Positions 17,019-26,270 are shown, counted from the stretch's first letter. The stretch is DNA of 32,000 bases from Promethearchaeota archaeon (GCA_027031765.1 JALVPN010000165.1:1-32000); one strand, 5' to 3'. Notes: generated by a model from the letters alone, not told the origin. Translations and numbers: made by a program.

Positions 17019-17999
17019 TCACAGGGCCACTATGCTGTGTGACACCATGCTCGTCATACTGAAGATGAGTGCGACTGATGCCACCTTCCTGAGTACCGAA
17101 CGCGTTGCATCTATGTCTGCCACTTCAAGTCCATAGCGCAACCAGATGCTCTCAAGGCCCACTCTCCAGCCGGTGGCAGCCACTCCGACCCAGAGGAGTG
17201 CGGAGAAGAGTGCGGTGTCTGGATACTCCTGGAACAGACAGTACGGGCAGTGGTGTGTTGGGAGCCCCAGTAGCAGCGGTGCATATGTGTCATGTAGCGC
17301 GACTAGGTACAGGAGGCCACTCACAGACGTGAGCACAAGGGCCAAGAGCCTGTGTGACGGTCTCAGGGTGTCCACCCACTGGAATGCTGCTAGGACAACT
17401 GCCGTCACGATGGCCGCCACGAGGACTACTGCACCCCACTCTGGGCCAAGCACCGCGGACGGTGAGAATGGCGGGTCCACATCGTAGATGCTGGAGCAAC
17501 AGGGTGCATATACGGGCGCCACAGATGCTATGAACAGGATGTCCGCAGAGGCATCAGCAAGCACCATTGGGAACAACACTACGAGCGACGACCGGACAAG
17601 CCAGCGTAGTAGGGGCATCCTCGGTTGACCCCGGTTGGACAGCTCGACGACCAGCCACATCCCGTAGGCGAACGGCAGGGTCAGCTTGAGGATTAGTGCA
17701 AGGGACGAGTACGGGTTGCCCACATTGACGACACCGTACGCACACATTGCCCCGGGGCAATACGGCACCAGCGACTGGAGCGTCCAGAAGAAGACTGGCA
17801 CAACGAGTAGTCGTGTCGTCAACAGTACCACACCTATCAGTCCGAGCAGGTAGTACTTCTGTTCGGCTGGGACTGTTACCTCCATTCCATCGTCCATCTC
17901 TTCAAGGATGGACACGGCGGTCACTGCACCGTACAGCCCCAGTAGGACTGACAGCAGTCCCACAACGAGCACTATTATTGTGGTAACCGTGACAATCAT
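17019..17999 (-). CDS. Polytopic membrane protein with CPGAMC, CC and HHCPYC motifs
   Basis: About 8 TM segments; three Cys/His clusters in loops; converges on the ABC operon with a 10-bp gap. Confidence 0.85.
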   Translation of the reverse strand: MIVTVTTIIVLVVGLLSVLLGLYGAVTAVSILEEMDDGMEVTVPAEQKYYLLGLIGVVLLTTRLLVVPVFFWTLQSLVPYCPGAMCAYGVVNVGNPYSSLALILKLTLPFAYGMWLVVELSNRGQPRMPLLRWLVRSSLVVLFPMVLADASADILFIASVAPVYAPCCSSIYDVDPPFSPSAVLGPEWGAVVLVAAIVTAVVLAAFQWVDTLRPSHRLLALVLTSVSGLLYLVALHDTYAPLLLGLPTHHCPYCLFQEYPDTALFSALLWVGVAATGWRVGLESIWLRYGLEVADIDATRSVLRKVASVALIFSMTSMVSHSIVAL

Positions 18000-18063
18000 G
18001 CTGGCCCCACCTTGTACTCCTCATCGGAAGCCCTATTTGTGGTCATCGCTACCGGGAACGACT

Positions 18064-19110
18064 ATGTTGCCGGATCAGTTTCGTATCCTCAGTGAGCTAT
18101 GTTCCATCGCTGGCCCCGTAGGACATGAGGGCCCTGTCCAGCAGCGTCTGGCCGAACTGCTGAGGCCATACTGCTCCACTGTCACACAGGACCCGATTGG
18201 CAACCTCCGTGCGACAATCGAGGGCACCGGAGAACACTACGCACTCGTTGCACATGCGGACGAGGTCGGCTTCCTTGTGAGTATCATTGATGAGCGCGGT
18301 TTCCTCAGGGTCAAGTGGAACACAAACAATCATCTGCCAGACATCCGCCTCCTGCCCGGACAACGTGTGGACATCCTCACATCCAAGGGCAGCGTCCCCG
18401 GCTGTTTCTGCGTAAAGACCGCCCACATAGCCGGTCCCGAAGGGAAGGCCCGTCTGCCATTGTACCATGAGGTCTTCCTCGACATCGGGGCCCGTTCGCG
18501 GCTGGCGGCACAGGCGATGGGTGTCAGGGTTGGTGACCCGGCCGTCTTCTCCACCAGTCTTGAGCGTCTGGGCGACTACCTCTGTGGCAAGGCAATCGAT
18601 GACCGGGTCGGCCTGACAGTGGCCGTAGAAGTGGCCAGTCGTCTCCACTCGCTCGCAGAGTCTGAGAGGCCCAGCGTGACGATTATCAGTACGGTGATGG
18701 AGGAGATTGGTGCAAGAGGTGCTGCCGCGGTGGCAAGAGACCTTGATGTGGACGCCGTCATTGTCCTTGAAATCGGGCCGGCAGATGACTATCCTGGCAC
18801 ACTGGGCGAGGCTGGTGTCATGCTCGGAAAGGGTCCGGTTGTGGTCATAAAGGACTCTCAGACCCACTACTCACACGCACTTGACCAGCGCCTGTTCGAG
18901 GCTGCAGAGGAGCTCAGGATCTCAGTCCAACGTGCAGTCTATCACAACTATGCAACTGATGGTTTTCAGATGATGTCCAATGGGCTCCCTGCTGCTGTGG
19001 TGGGTGTCCCATGCCGGTACTCACACAGTAGTTTCGAGACCATCAGCCCAATGGACCTCTACGAAGTGGTGAAACTAGTCCACGGTTTCCTCAGCAGGGG
19101 GGCCACCTGA
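18064..19110 (+). CDS. M42-family metallopeptidase (TET aminopeptidase/endoglucanase-like)
   Basis: AHADEVG, FLDIGA, KAIDDRVG, VMEEIGARGA, PCRYSHS; start re-picked to ATG 18064. Confidence 0.92.
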   Translation: MLPDQFRILSELCSIAGPVGHEGPVQQRLAELLRPYCSTVTQDPIGNLRATIEGTGEHYALVAHADEVGFLVSIIDERGFLRVKWNTNNHLPDIRLLPGQRVDILTSKGSVPGCFCVKTAHIAGPEGKARLPLYHEVFLDIGARSRLAAQAMGVRVGDPAVFSTSLERLGDYLCGKAIDDRVGLTVAVEVASRLHSLAESERPSVTIISTVMEEIGARGAAAVARDLDVDAVIVLEIGPADDYPGTLGEAGVMLGKGPVVVIKDSQTHYSHALDQRLFEAAEELRISVQRAVYHNYATDGFQMMSNGLPAAVVGVPCRYSHSSFETISPMDLYEVVKLVHGFLSRGAT

Positions 19111-19506
19111 CTGTGACCCCTCCCTCATGGCGACCGGCTCCACTATGACGGTCATCCCCTCTCGTGATGTCACGACGACCTTGCTCCCCTCTGGGATCTC
19201 ACCCGTCAGGCAACGTGCATTCCAGATCTCGCCCCTGGTGCGTATCTTGCCCGACTTCGGTGTCACTGTCCTGACCACTCGCCCCTGCGACCCGACTACG
19301 TCATAGATGACACTGCCACCCTCTTGGAGGGTCGGGTATACAATGTAGTACTTGGCAATGACGAACAGCGGCGTCCCAATTGCGGCCAGTAGCAGGGCCC
19401 AGACCAGCAGGTCTGGTAGGAAGTACCATACGGCAATCACTGCAAAGACAACAAACACTACTTCATCTATTGTTATGATTATGAACTTGGCTCTCGGCGA
19501 GACCAT
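19075..19506 (-). CDS. Short NfeD-family protein (TM helices plus C-terminal OB fold)
   Basis: VVGSQGRVVRTVTPKSGKIRTRGEIWNARC..IPEGSKVVVTSREGMTVIVEP. Confidence 0.85.
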   Translation of the reverse strand: MVSPRAKFIIITIDEVVFVVFAVIAVWYFLPDLLVWALLLAAIGTPLFVIAKYYIVYPTLQEGGSVIYDVVGSQGRVVRTVTPKSGKIRTRGEIWNARCLTGEIPEGSKVVVTSREGMTVIVEPVAMREGSQSGGPPAEETVD

Positions 19507-19636
19507 CTAGCACCACATCTACTCCTTTTGAGTACAGTCATACAAACAGATGATAACCTTTTGCTGTGATGTGTCCGTAGCGGAAATGGTGCGCCTTATC
19601 TGTGCAACCCCCGCAGCCATTCGCCGGTGCTGCTAG

Positions 19637-20740
19637 ATGAGAACCGAGACCATTCAGACCATGGCTGGAGCTGCTGTCCTCTCGACATTCACCTACATCC
19701 CACTATTGGTCAAAGGCCTCCTTGGTGGCAGTGAGCTCATTGTTACAGTCTTGACCGGCACGTATGCAACTGCATCTTTTGTCGGGAGCTACCTATTCGG
19801 CCGTGCAGGTGACATCTACGGACGACGACTGACACTCCGTCTCGGCCTGCTGTTCGCCGCACTCAGCTTCGCCCTGCTGTACTTGGTCGACTCTATGGAG
19901 GTACTGTTCCTTGTCCGCGCACTGAACGGTTTCACTGTTGGGATGTACCCCGGTGCCCTTGCTGCGTATGCTTACGAGTCGAAGATGAAGATGGGCCGGT
20001 TCGCATCGTTTGGTTCCCTGGGCTGGGGCGTGGGCACACTCATTGCGGGCTATGCCGCCTCATTTGAGCTGCGTCTGGCCTTTGTCATTGCATCCCTCTT
20101 CTTCTGCTTGGCGTTCTTGAGTTCCCTCACCTTGCCGCCAATCGACCGCGTACGTGTGAAGGTGCCGCTCTTCCCGGTAGAGACCATGCGTCGGAACCTC
20201 CCGGTCTACATTGCAGTGCTGATACGTCACAGTAGCGCCCATGCGCTCTGGACGCTGTGGCCCCTGTTCCTCGTTTCCCTCGGCGCCGATGAGTTTGCCG
20301 TCGGCATCATCCAGGCCACAAATTCCATCTCGCAGTTCTTCTTCATGATCCTCATCACGGACAAGTATGACTGCCACAGTCTGATACAGACCGGGCTCGG
20401 TACAACCGCAGTCGCGTTCACGTACTTCCTCGTCGTGGCACTCTACTTTGACTGGGTCCAGCTCCTGCCCTCTCAACTCCTCCTTGGCTTCGCGTGGTCT
20501 TGCCTGTATGTGGGTGCACTCAAGTATGTCACTCAGAACAATGTGGAACGGGCCACAGCATCGGGTCTGTTGACGTCAATCATGTCTGTATCTGGAGTCA
20601 TTGGCCCGGTCATCGCCGCCGTCCTCTACTCATTGTGGCCCGGTTATGTCCTCATCATCCTCTACGGTACGGTGATGTCCCTCGTTGCAATGGTGGTGTT
20701 TGGACGCAGTGACAGGGGGCCCATCGATGCTGAGGCCTGA
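19637..20740 (+). CDS. MFS transporter
   Basis: About 12 TMs; motif A GRAGDIYGRR; RALNG; ERATASG. Confidence 0.9.
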   Translation: MRTETIQTMAGAAVLSTFTYIPLLVKGLLGGSELIVTVLTGTYATASFVGSYLFGRAGDIYGRRLTLRLGLLFAALSFALLYLVDSMEVLFLVRALNGFTVGMYPGALAAYAYESKMKMGRFASFGSLGWGVGTLIAGYAASFELRLAFVIASLFFCLAFLSSLTLPPIDRVRVKVPLFPVETMRRNLPVYIAVLIRHSSAHALWTLWPLFLVSLGADEFAVGIIQATNSISQFFFMILITDKYDCHSLIQTGLGTTAVAFTYFLVVALYFDWVQLLPSQLLLGFAWSCLYVGALKYVTQNNVERATASGLLTSIMSVSGVIGPVIAAVLYSLWPGYVLIILYGTVMSLVAMVVFGRSDRGPIDAEA

Positions 20741-20769
20741 ACCCCTGCACCCACCATCTGGTCACATAT

Positions 20770-21483
20770 TCAGCCCCTCTTGGCCCTCACAAGCCAGTAG
20801 TCCATGTCGTCATCACCGTGGCCCGAGACCGTTGGTCCGACATCCACCTCTGCAAACCGGCCTTGGAACAGGGCCCGTATCTCATCCTCTGTGAAGCTGT
20901 ACGGTTGACTGTTGGATGATGGACAACGTGGCCCGCGCACTATCCCCACATACGTGCCGCCACTGACCAGCAGGTCCGCCATCCTGTCTAGATACGGGGT
21001 GCGTACTTGTGGCGGCAGCGTCTGTAGGAACGACCGCTCAAACACGTAGTCGAACGATGCCTCCGGGACTTCCAGCTCGAAGATGACGTCCCCTATCAGT
21101 GCATGGATGGAGAGCCCCATCTCATCTGCTCTCCTCACGATGATGGCAATGGCCTCTGGACATATGTCCGCTACGGTGACGTCAAAGCCCCTCTGGGCCA
21201 GGAACAGCGCGTTGTGGCCGAGTCCCGGCCCCGGCTCGAACACTCTTCCCGTGGGCATTTTCCTGCTGTCGACCAGACGCACAAGGGCCGGGTGTGGTAC
21301 TGCGGTGTCCCATGGTGTCTGTCCTGTCCTGTACGCAATGGCGTTCGCCCGGCGGACAAGGCACGTATAGTGTGCCTCGCCCTGTGCCCCAGTCATTGAC
21401 CGGGTCCAGCTGTCCGCCCTGACCGGCGGGGGTCCACTGTCCAGCGGCCGCCCGCAGATTGCGCACCGTTCCTCTTCTCCCAT
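20770..21483 (-). CDS. Class I SAM methyltransferase (TPMT/TehB-like) with N-terminal CxxC...HxxC module
   Basis: TPWDT, VFEPGPGLGHNALFLAQRGFDVTVADI, FDYVFERSFLQ. Confidence 0.85.
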   Translation of the reverse strand: MGEEERCAICGRPLDSGPPPVRADSWTRSMTGAQGEAHYTCLVRRANAIAYRTGQTPWDTAVPHPALVRLVDSRKMPTGRVFEPGPGLGHNALFLAQRGFDVTVADICPEAIAIIVRRADEMGLSIHALIGDVIFELEVPEASFDYVFERSFLQTLPPQVRTPYLDRMADLLVSGGTYVGIVRGPRCPSSNSQPYSFTEDEIRALFQGRFAEVDVGPTVSGHGDDDMDYWLVRAKRG

Positions 21484-21742
21484 CGCATCTCATCATCGTA
21501 CCACCGTCGCACATCCCTGATGACTCTTGCGACTCACTGGAGAGCCATGCTGTTCCCAAATGTCCGGAGTAGTGTCCTTGTCTGGCGACACCATAGCATA
21601 CTCGTCTACATGTCGCGCGGTTGTCGGCAGGTGCCCGAAATACGTGCCGTGTGAGGACCGGAGCCGTAGGTCATGATGTCCTAGGACACGCCAGACGGGC
21701 AACTTAAGACGCCGTGTGGTTCTACTTGGTACGGTGCACTGC

Positions 21743-22549
21743 TTGAGCCAACAGTACGACATCCTCAGGTGCCCCCGCTGTCGTCGGGGCCTACAAGCAA
21801 CTGCTACCATCTCGACAGGCCAGGGCCCGGATCTCTCGCTTGTGTGTGAGCGTGGTCACACGTGGCCCGTTGAAGATGGAATCCCTCTGCTGGTACACCC
21901 GCCTGCCAGTGAGGAGGACATGAAGTGGATTGATGAGTACGACTCGTCGGCCAAGGACTACGACCGGCTAGTGAAACTGTACGATGACTGGCTGGGGATA
22001 GACATGATGCACGAGCGCGAACAGTTCGCCGACTACATACCTGCCGAAGGCGTCGTCCGCATGCTTGACGTGAGCACTGGCACTGCTGCAAACTTCGAGG
22101 CAATCGTACACCGCCTCGGCGCGGCAGCATGTACCCGTCTCGACCTGCATGGGGTCGACCTATCGATGGGCATGTTGAGAGTGGCCAGAGAGAAGATGCG
22201 TTCCTTGGGCCTTGACTGTCTGCTTGTCCAGGCAAATGTGTACAACCTCCCATACCCGGATGACCAGTTCGATGTGGTCCTGCACAGTGGTGGGATGAAC
22301 ACGTTCTCTAACATCGCAGCAGCACTGGAAGAAATGCTCAGGTTGGTGCGGCCGGAAGGCACAGTCGTGGTGGTCGATGAGGGCCTCTCGCCACGGGTGC
22401 GTGCCTCTGAACGTGGCCGCGAGGTCATCGAAACGAACAACCTCTTTGCATCGCGGCCCCCGCTTGAGCACCTGCCCTCAAAGGCGCGTGATGTCAAGGT
22501 CGACTACATAATGAACGAGACCTTCTACAGGGTGGTCTTCCGGAAGTGA
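21743..22549 (+). CDS. Trm112-like zinc ribbon fused to UbiE-like class I SAM methyltransferase
   Basis: LRCPRC...CERGHTWPVEDGIPLLV; MLDVSTGT, GVDLSMGML, FDVVLHSGG, EEMLRLVRPEG. Start TTG 21743 or GTG 21716. Confidence 0.85.
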   Translation: MSQQYDILRCPRCRRGLQATATISTGQGPDLSLVCERGHTWPVEDGIPLLVHPPASEEDMKWIDEYDSSAKDYDRLVKLYDDWLGIDMMHEREQFADYIPAEGVVRMLDVSTGTAANFEAIVHRLGAAACTRLDLHGVDLSMGMLRVAREKMRSLGLDCLLVQANVYNLPYPDDQFDVVLHSGGMNTFSNIAAALEEMLRLVRPEGTVVVVDEGLSPRVRASERGREVIETNNLFASRPPLEHLPSKARDVKVDYIMNETFYRVVFRK

Positions 22550-22561
22550 CGGGTCATAGTG

Positions 22562-24181
22562 TCAGGCGCCCCACATACCTCCCCCACATACCTCCCTGTA
22601 CAGGGCGGTCAGTCGTTTCGCCACTGACTGCCAGGAGTAGTGCTCCTCTACAGCAGTCCTCAGTGACTGTCTGACACCACTGATGCGGGACAGTTGGATG
22701 GCGCCCACAATCCTGCCGGCAATCTCATGGATGCGCCCCTCCGGCTCCCGGCGGAACCTCAGCCCTCCTTCTTGGATGTGATCCCCTTCCCGTTCAAGCA
22801 CCACTGCACTGTCACGTAGTCCCGAGAAGTCTGTCACAAGGGGGACCACACCACACGCAGCTGCCTCTAGTGTCACGAGCCCGAAGGACTCAGGCACCAG
22901 CGACGGGAAGACGGCGACATCCGCACACGGGAGCAGATGGCGCAGCAATGAGTGGTCCATGAAGCCTGTGAAGCATATCCGTGCCCCATGTACCGGCTGC
23001 AGCCCGGTGGTGCCCCTGTCACGCAGCCAGCTGTAAGCAGCAGCGAACATCTCTGGAGTCCCGAGCTGGGTCACAGCTGTGTCCAACAGTGGCCCTATCA
23101 TTTCCCATTTTCCCCGTTCCCAGCACCATGCCAGCGCCTCCAGCCATTCCCTCAAGGGCCCTGCCCCCACAACAATCAGCTGGGCCGGTACTGTTTCAGT
23201 GAGTTCCATGAAGGCAAGCACGAGGTCGTGTGGCCCCTTGCCCGGGATCAGTCGGCCCACGAACATGACCACTGGCTGGCCCCAGTCGAGCCGGTCAAGC
23301 TTGGCCATGGTGTCCTCATCTGGACTCTTCTGGCTGTATGCTGTTGCCAGGTCAAAGACCGTCGGGGGGACTTCTCTCCTGCGTGCCCACTCGGAGAACC
23401 GGGTGGTCATGCGGCTGGCATGAGCGGCACTGCGTCCACCCGTATACTCACCGAGTAGTGTACCGAGCTCCCCGGGTGTTCCCCCACACCTGCCTCCAGA
23501 GTGCGGTCTGAACAGTCCAGTGTCAACTCCAAGTGGGACTTCGACCACCTTCTCATCCAGTCTGGGTAGCGCCTCTTTGAAGACTGATACCACACGGTCT
23601 CTGAAGTAGCGGTTCCCGACTACCACCCTTGTTGCTGCACCCAGTCCCACCACTGCATACTCGAACAGTTTCGTATCTCTCTCGACCGCATACACCAGAC
23701 CACTGCCATGCAGAGTCACTAAATATGGGACCCCGGTTTCTTCCATGACGCGCCGGGCCACTACTGGCATCATGATGGCATGGTTTGCATGGAGCACATC
23801 GAATGGGTCGGCCTTGTGGACTGCACACACAGCCCCCACATTCCTCCTGATGTAGCGCTCTATCTCTCCAATCGACATCCTTGTGAACTCGACCACATGG
23901 CGGAATGCAGGGTATATGTCCGGTACGAACACGGGCAGGGTGTTCCCAATGTCCGGGATGTTGATGGTGACACCATGGTCATGGCACATGCTGTCGTCCA
24001 GAGCACCGTCCTCCCCCACCCTCCGTACCCGGGCCACAAATGGTAGTTTACAGGCGTCGGAGTCCTGACAGAAGACATCGACATGGTGCTCCTGTGCCCA
24101 GATATGCCTGACGACGTTCTGTGTGTATATGTTGCTCCCGGAGCCCTTGAGGAGCCAGCCGTGTAGGATACCAATGTGCAT
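22562..24181 (-). CDS. Glycosyltransferase family 4 (GT-B)
   Basis: HGWLLKGSGSNIY, LHANH, TLHGS, FVGRLIPGKG, FPSLVPESFGLVTLEAAACGVP. Confidence 0.9.
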   Translation of the reverse strand: MHIGILHGWLLKGSGSNIYTQNVVRHIWAQEHHVDVFCQDSDACKLPFVARVRRVGEDGALDDSMCHDHGVTINIPDIGNTLPVFVPDIYPAFRHVVEFTRMSIGEIERYIRRNVGAVCAVHKADPFDVLHANHAIMMPVVARRVMEETGVPYLVTLHGSGLVYAVERDTKLFEYAVVGLGAATRVVVGNRYFRDRVVSVFKEALPRLDEKVVEVPLGVDTGLFRPHSGGRCGGTPGELGTLLGEYTGGRSAAHASRMTTRFSEWARRREVPPTVFDLATAYSQKSPDEDTMAKLDRLDWGQPVVMFVGRLIPGKGPHDLVLAFMELTETVPAQLIVVGAGPLREWLEALAWCWERGKWEMIGPLLDTAVTQLGTPEMFAAAYSWLRDRGTTGLQPVHGARICFTGFMDHSLLRHLLPCADVAVFPSLVPESFGLVTLEAAACGVVPLVTDFSGLRDSAVVLEREGDHIQEGGLRFRREPEGRIHEIAGRIVGAIQLSRISGVRQSLRTAVEEHYSWQSVAKRLTALYREVCGGGMWGA

Positions 24182-24243
24182 GATGTGTTGGCCGTGTCAT
24201 ATCAGGCTCATTAATCTTGGGCGACCGTGTGATACCGGATTAG

Positions 24244-24265
24244 AAAAAAAAAGAGGATGGGAAGG
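24244..24265 (-). terminator. Poly-T terminator (T9) for the surface-protein gene
   Basis: Minus strand reads CCTTCCCATCCTC-T9, about 70-90 nt past the stop at 24336. Confidence 0.55.
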
Positions 24266-24335
24266 CCTAGGCCTCCCCAGCCTGTCGTGGTTGTTGGGTG
24301 CTGTTGGTGTGCCAATGCAGTGCAGACAGGGCTTT

Positions 24336-26270
24336 CTAGCCTCGTCTGTATGTGGTACGGATACGGACGGCCACTAGGGCTATTGCAACAATGCCCACGA
24401 CCCCAAGTATCACTGAAGCGTACACAATCCCGGAAACGCGTCCGCTGACCTGACCTGGTGGCACTCCCGGGTAGACCTTGAATACCGGGTCATGCGTGAT
24501 GGAGTACCCGTCCCACTTGGAGTAGCAGGAACAGTAGTAGAACGCGGACCAGCAGTCTGTCTGGCCCATGGTACCTGCTGCGAACTCCAGACCGCCGAGG
24601 CTGACGGGCCCCATCTCGTATATCATGCCTGGTATGATGGCGGTGCCGACATCATATGTCCCACCATCACGGCCCCAGACATATGTCCCACCAAACTTGA
24701 TTACTGACAGCAGGTCGTCGTCCCCGGTGTCGCTGACCTCAAGGACACCCTCCGGTGCTGTCCTGCTCATATCGACTTCGGCATCTGTTGGGATCTCGGT
24801 CCCATCCGTGAGGCCTACCCTGTAGTCATATGATGCTACGGAGGTCCAATAGTCAATGGTGAGTCCGAGCCCTGCGAGCTCGGGCAACATTGCACCTGTG
24901 CCAGGCTCCGTAAAGTCCCCTACATGCTGGTCAATCTTGAGGACTGCAGCGTCATCCGTTGTACCGAAGCGGTAGACCATGGCTAGGCTCTCGACAGACA
25001 CATCGATGCCGCTGTCCTCCTCCGGGTCTACCATCCCCTCTCCCATTGAGAGTCCGGGACCATAGTAGATATCCGGCAGGAGTGCGACCTGTCCCTCTCT
25101 GTCATCGATGAGCCGTCCCTCGATGTCTGTGACCTCAACGCTCCACTCGATTTGGTTGTCATCGTTGATGTGTGGTGTGACGACGTCTCCCAAGCTCGCC
25201 CCGGTGGTGTAGAACCCGTACACTCTCTCTGAGGCTGACTCGTTGACCACTTGGTATTTCCAGTCAGTCACACCGTCATCGTCGTAGTCCACGTCGACAT
25301 CAGAGTACACAATGTCCATGATCCCGTTGTTGTTCGTGTCATTGAACACGGACAGGCCAGTGAAGTAGTGCTCCATCTGGTGGGTCTGGTTGTTGTCCAC
25401 GTACATCTCCAGTACATCATACCCGTAGGTCACGTACGTGTAGTTGTAGTCGTATCTCCCTTCTTGGGTGAGCTCCCCGGCCCACTGGTACTCCTCTGCC
25501 AGCTGGATGTCCTCCGGATTCTCTATGAGGTTCATCTCCATGTCGTACCATGTGCAGTTGATGTAGTAGTTGCCGGAAGTCCGTGTGGACATGAAATAGA
25601 AGTCACTCACGATGACTACTTCGTCCCCTGACAGTGCATCTGGATTTGGTGACCAGTACACCGTCCACACATCCGTAATGTTCGGCTGGCTGGCAAGCCA
25701 ACTCATGTATGACCCGTCGGGGTCAAGGAGAACTGTCACCTGCAATGTGGCGAAGTCCCAAGCGGTGTGCCAGCTCTCAGTGTAGTTCATCTCAATCCAG
25801 TATGCATTGCCGTCGGCATCTTCAACATAGTAGATGATCAACGGCTCCATGAGACCATTCGTCAGTTTGGCCCAGTCGTCCCAATAGGCGTCGGTACTGT
25901 TCTCCCAAGGCCAGGTCTCGTTGTTCCAGGGCCAGGTCTCGTTGTTCCAGGGCCAGGTCTCGTTGCCCCAGTTCTCCCATGTGCTATTATCGGCTGGGTG
26001 GTATCCTCCTGCTGGGGACGATCCCGATGTCTCGTTGTTGTATTGCGGCATGACCACTTCGGGAGACCAGACAAACTGGTAGTCGTTAGAATACGACTCG
26101 TTCCACCAGGTGGTGGCAACATAGACCCCTGGCTGCATCTCCACGAACGGCTCAACAACCTGTGCTGCTGCATATGGTCGCGTCTGGGCGACCGCCATTC
26201 GCGGCGTCACGGCGATGACAAACAGTGTTGCCATCACGACCATTGCAGTCAAACGTTGGTTCTTCTTCAT
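24336..26270 (-). CDS. Acidic secreted, C-terminally anchored surface glycoprotein
   Basis: Signal peptide MKKNQR-hydrophobic-AVA; at least 14 N-x-S/T sequons; Dx[DN]xDG-like loops; C-terminal TM followed by a basic tail. Confidence 0.85.
   Translation of the reverse strand: MKKNQRLTAMVVMATLFVIAVTPRMAVAQTRPYAAAQVVEPFVEMQPGVYVATTWWNESYSNDYQFVWSPEVVMPQYNNETSGSSPAGGYHPADNSTWENWGNETWPWNNETWPWNNETWPWENSTDAYWDDWAKLTNGLMEPLIIYYVEDADGNAYWIEMNYTESWHTAWDFATLQVTVLLDPDGSYMSWLASQPNITDVWTVYWSPNPDALSGDEVVIVSDFYFMSTRTSGNYYINCTWYDMEMNLIENPEDIQLAEEYQWAGELTQEGRYDYNYTYVTYGYDVLEMYVDNNQTHQMEHYFTGLSVFNDTNNNGIMDIVYSDVDVDYDDDGVTDWKYQVVNESASERVYGFYTTGASLGDVVTPHINDDNQIEWSVEVTDIEGRLIDDREGQVALLPDIYYGPGLSMGEGMVDPEEDSGIDVSVESLAMVYRFGTTDDAAVLKIDQHVGDFTEPGTGAMLPELAGLGLTIDYWTSVASYDYRVGLTDGTEIPTDAEVDMSRTAPEGVLEVSDTGDDDLLSVIKFGGTYVWGRDGGTYDVGTAIIPGMIYEMGPVSLGGLEFAAGTMGQTDCWSAFYYCSCYSKWDGYSITHDPVFKVYPGVPPGQVSGRVSGIVYASVILGVVGIVAIALVAVRIRTTYRRG
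25905..25967 (-). repeat. In-frame tandem repeat, 3 x 21 bp, encoding (G/N)NETWPW
   Basis: Units at 25905-25925, 25926-25946 and 25947-25967; CCAGGGCCAGGTCTCGTTGTT consensus on the + strand. Confidence 0.95.

Noticed and set aside
25905-25967. 21-bp repeats as a CRISPR array
   Set aside because: Units are contiguous with no spacers, in frame within a CDS, and no cas genes are present.
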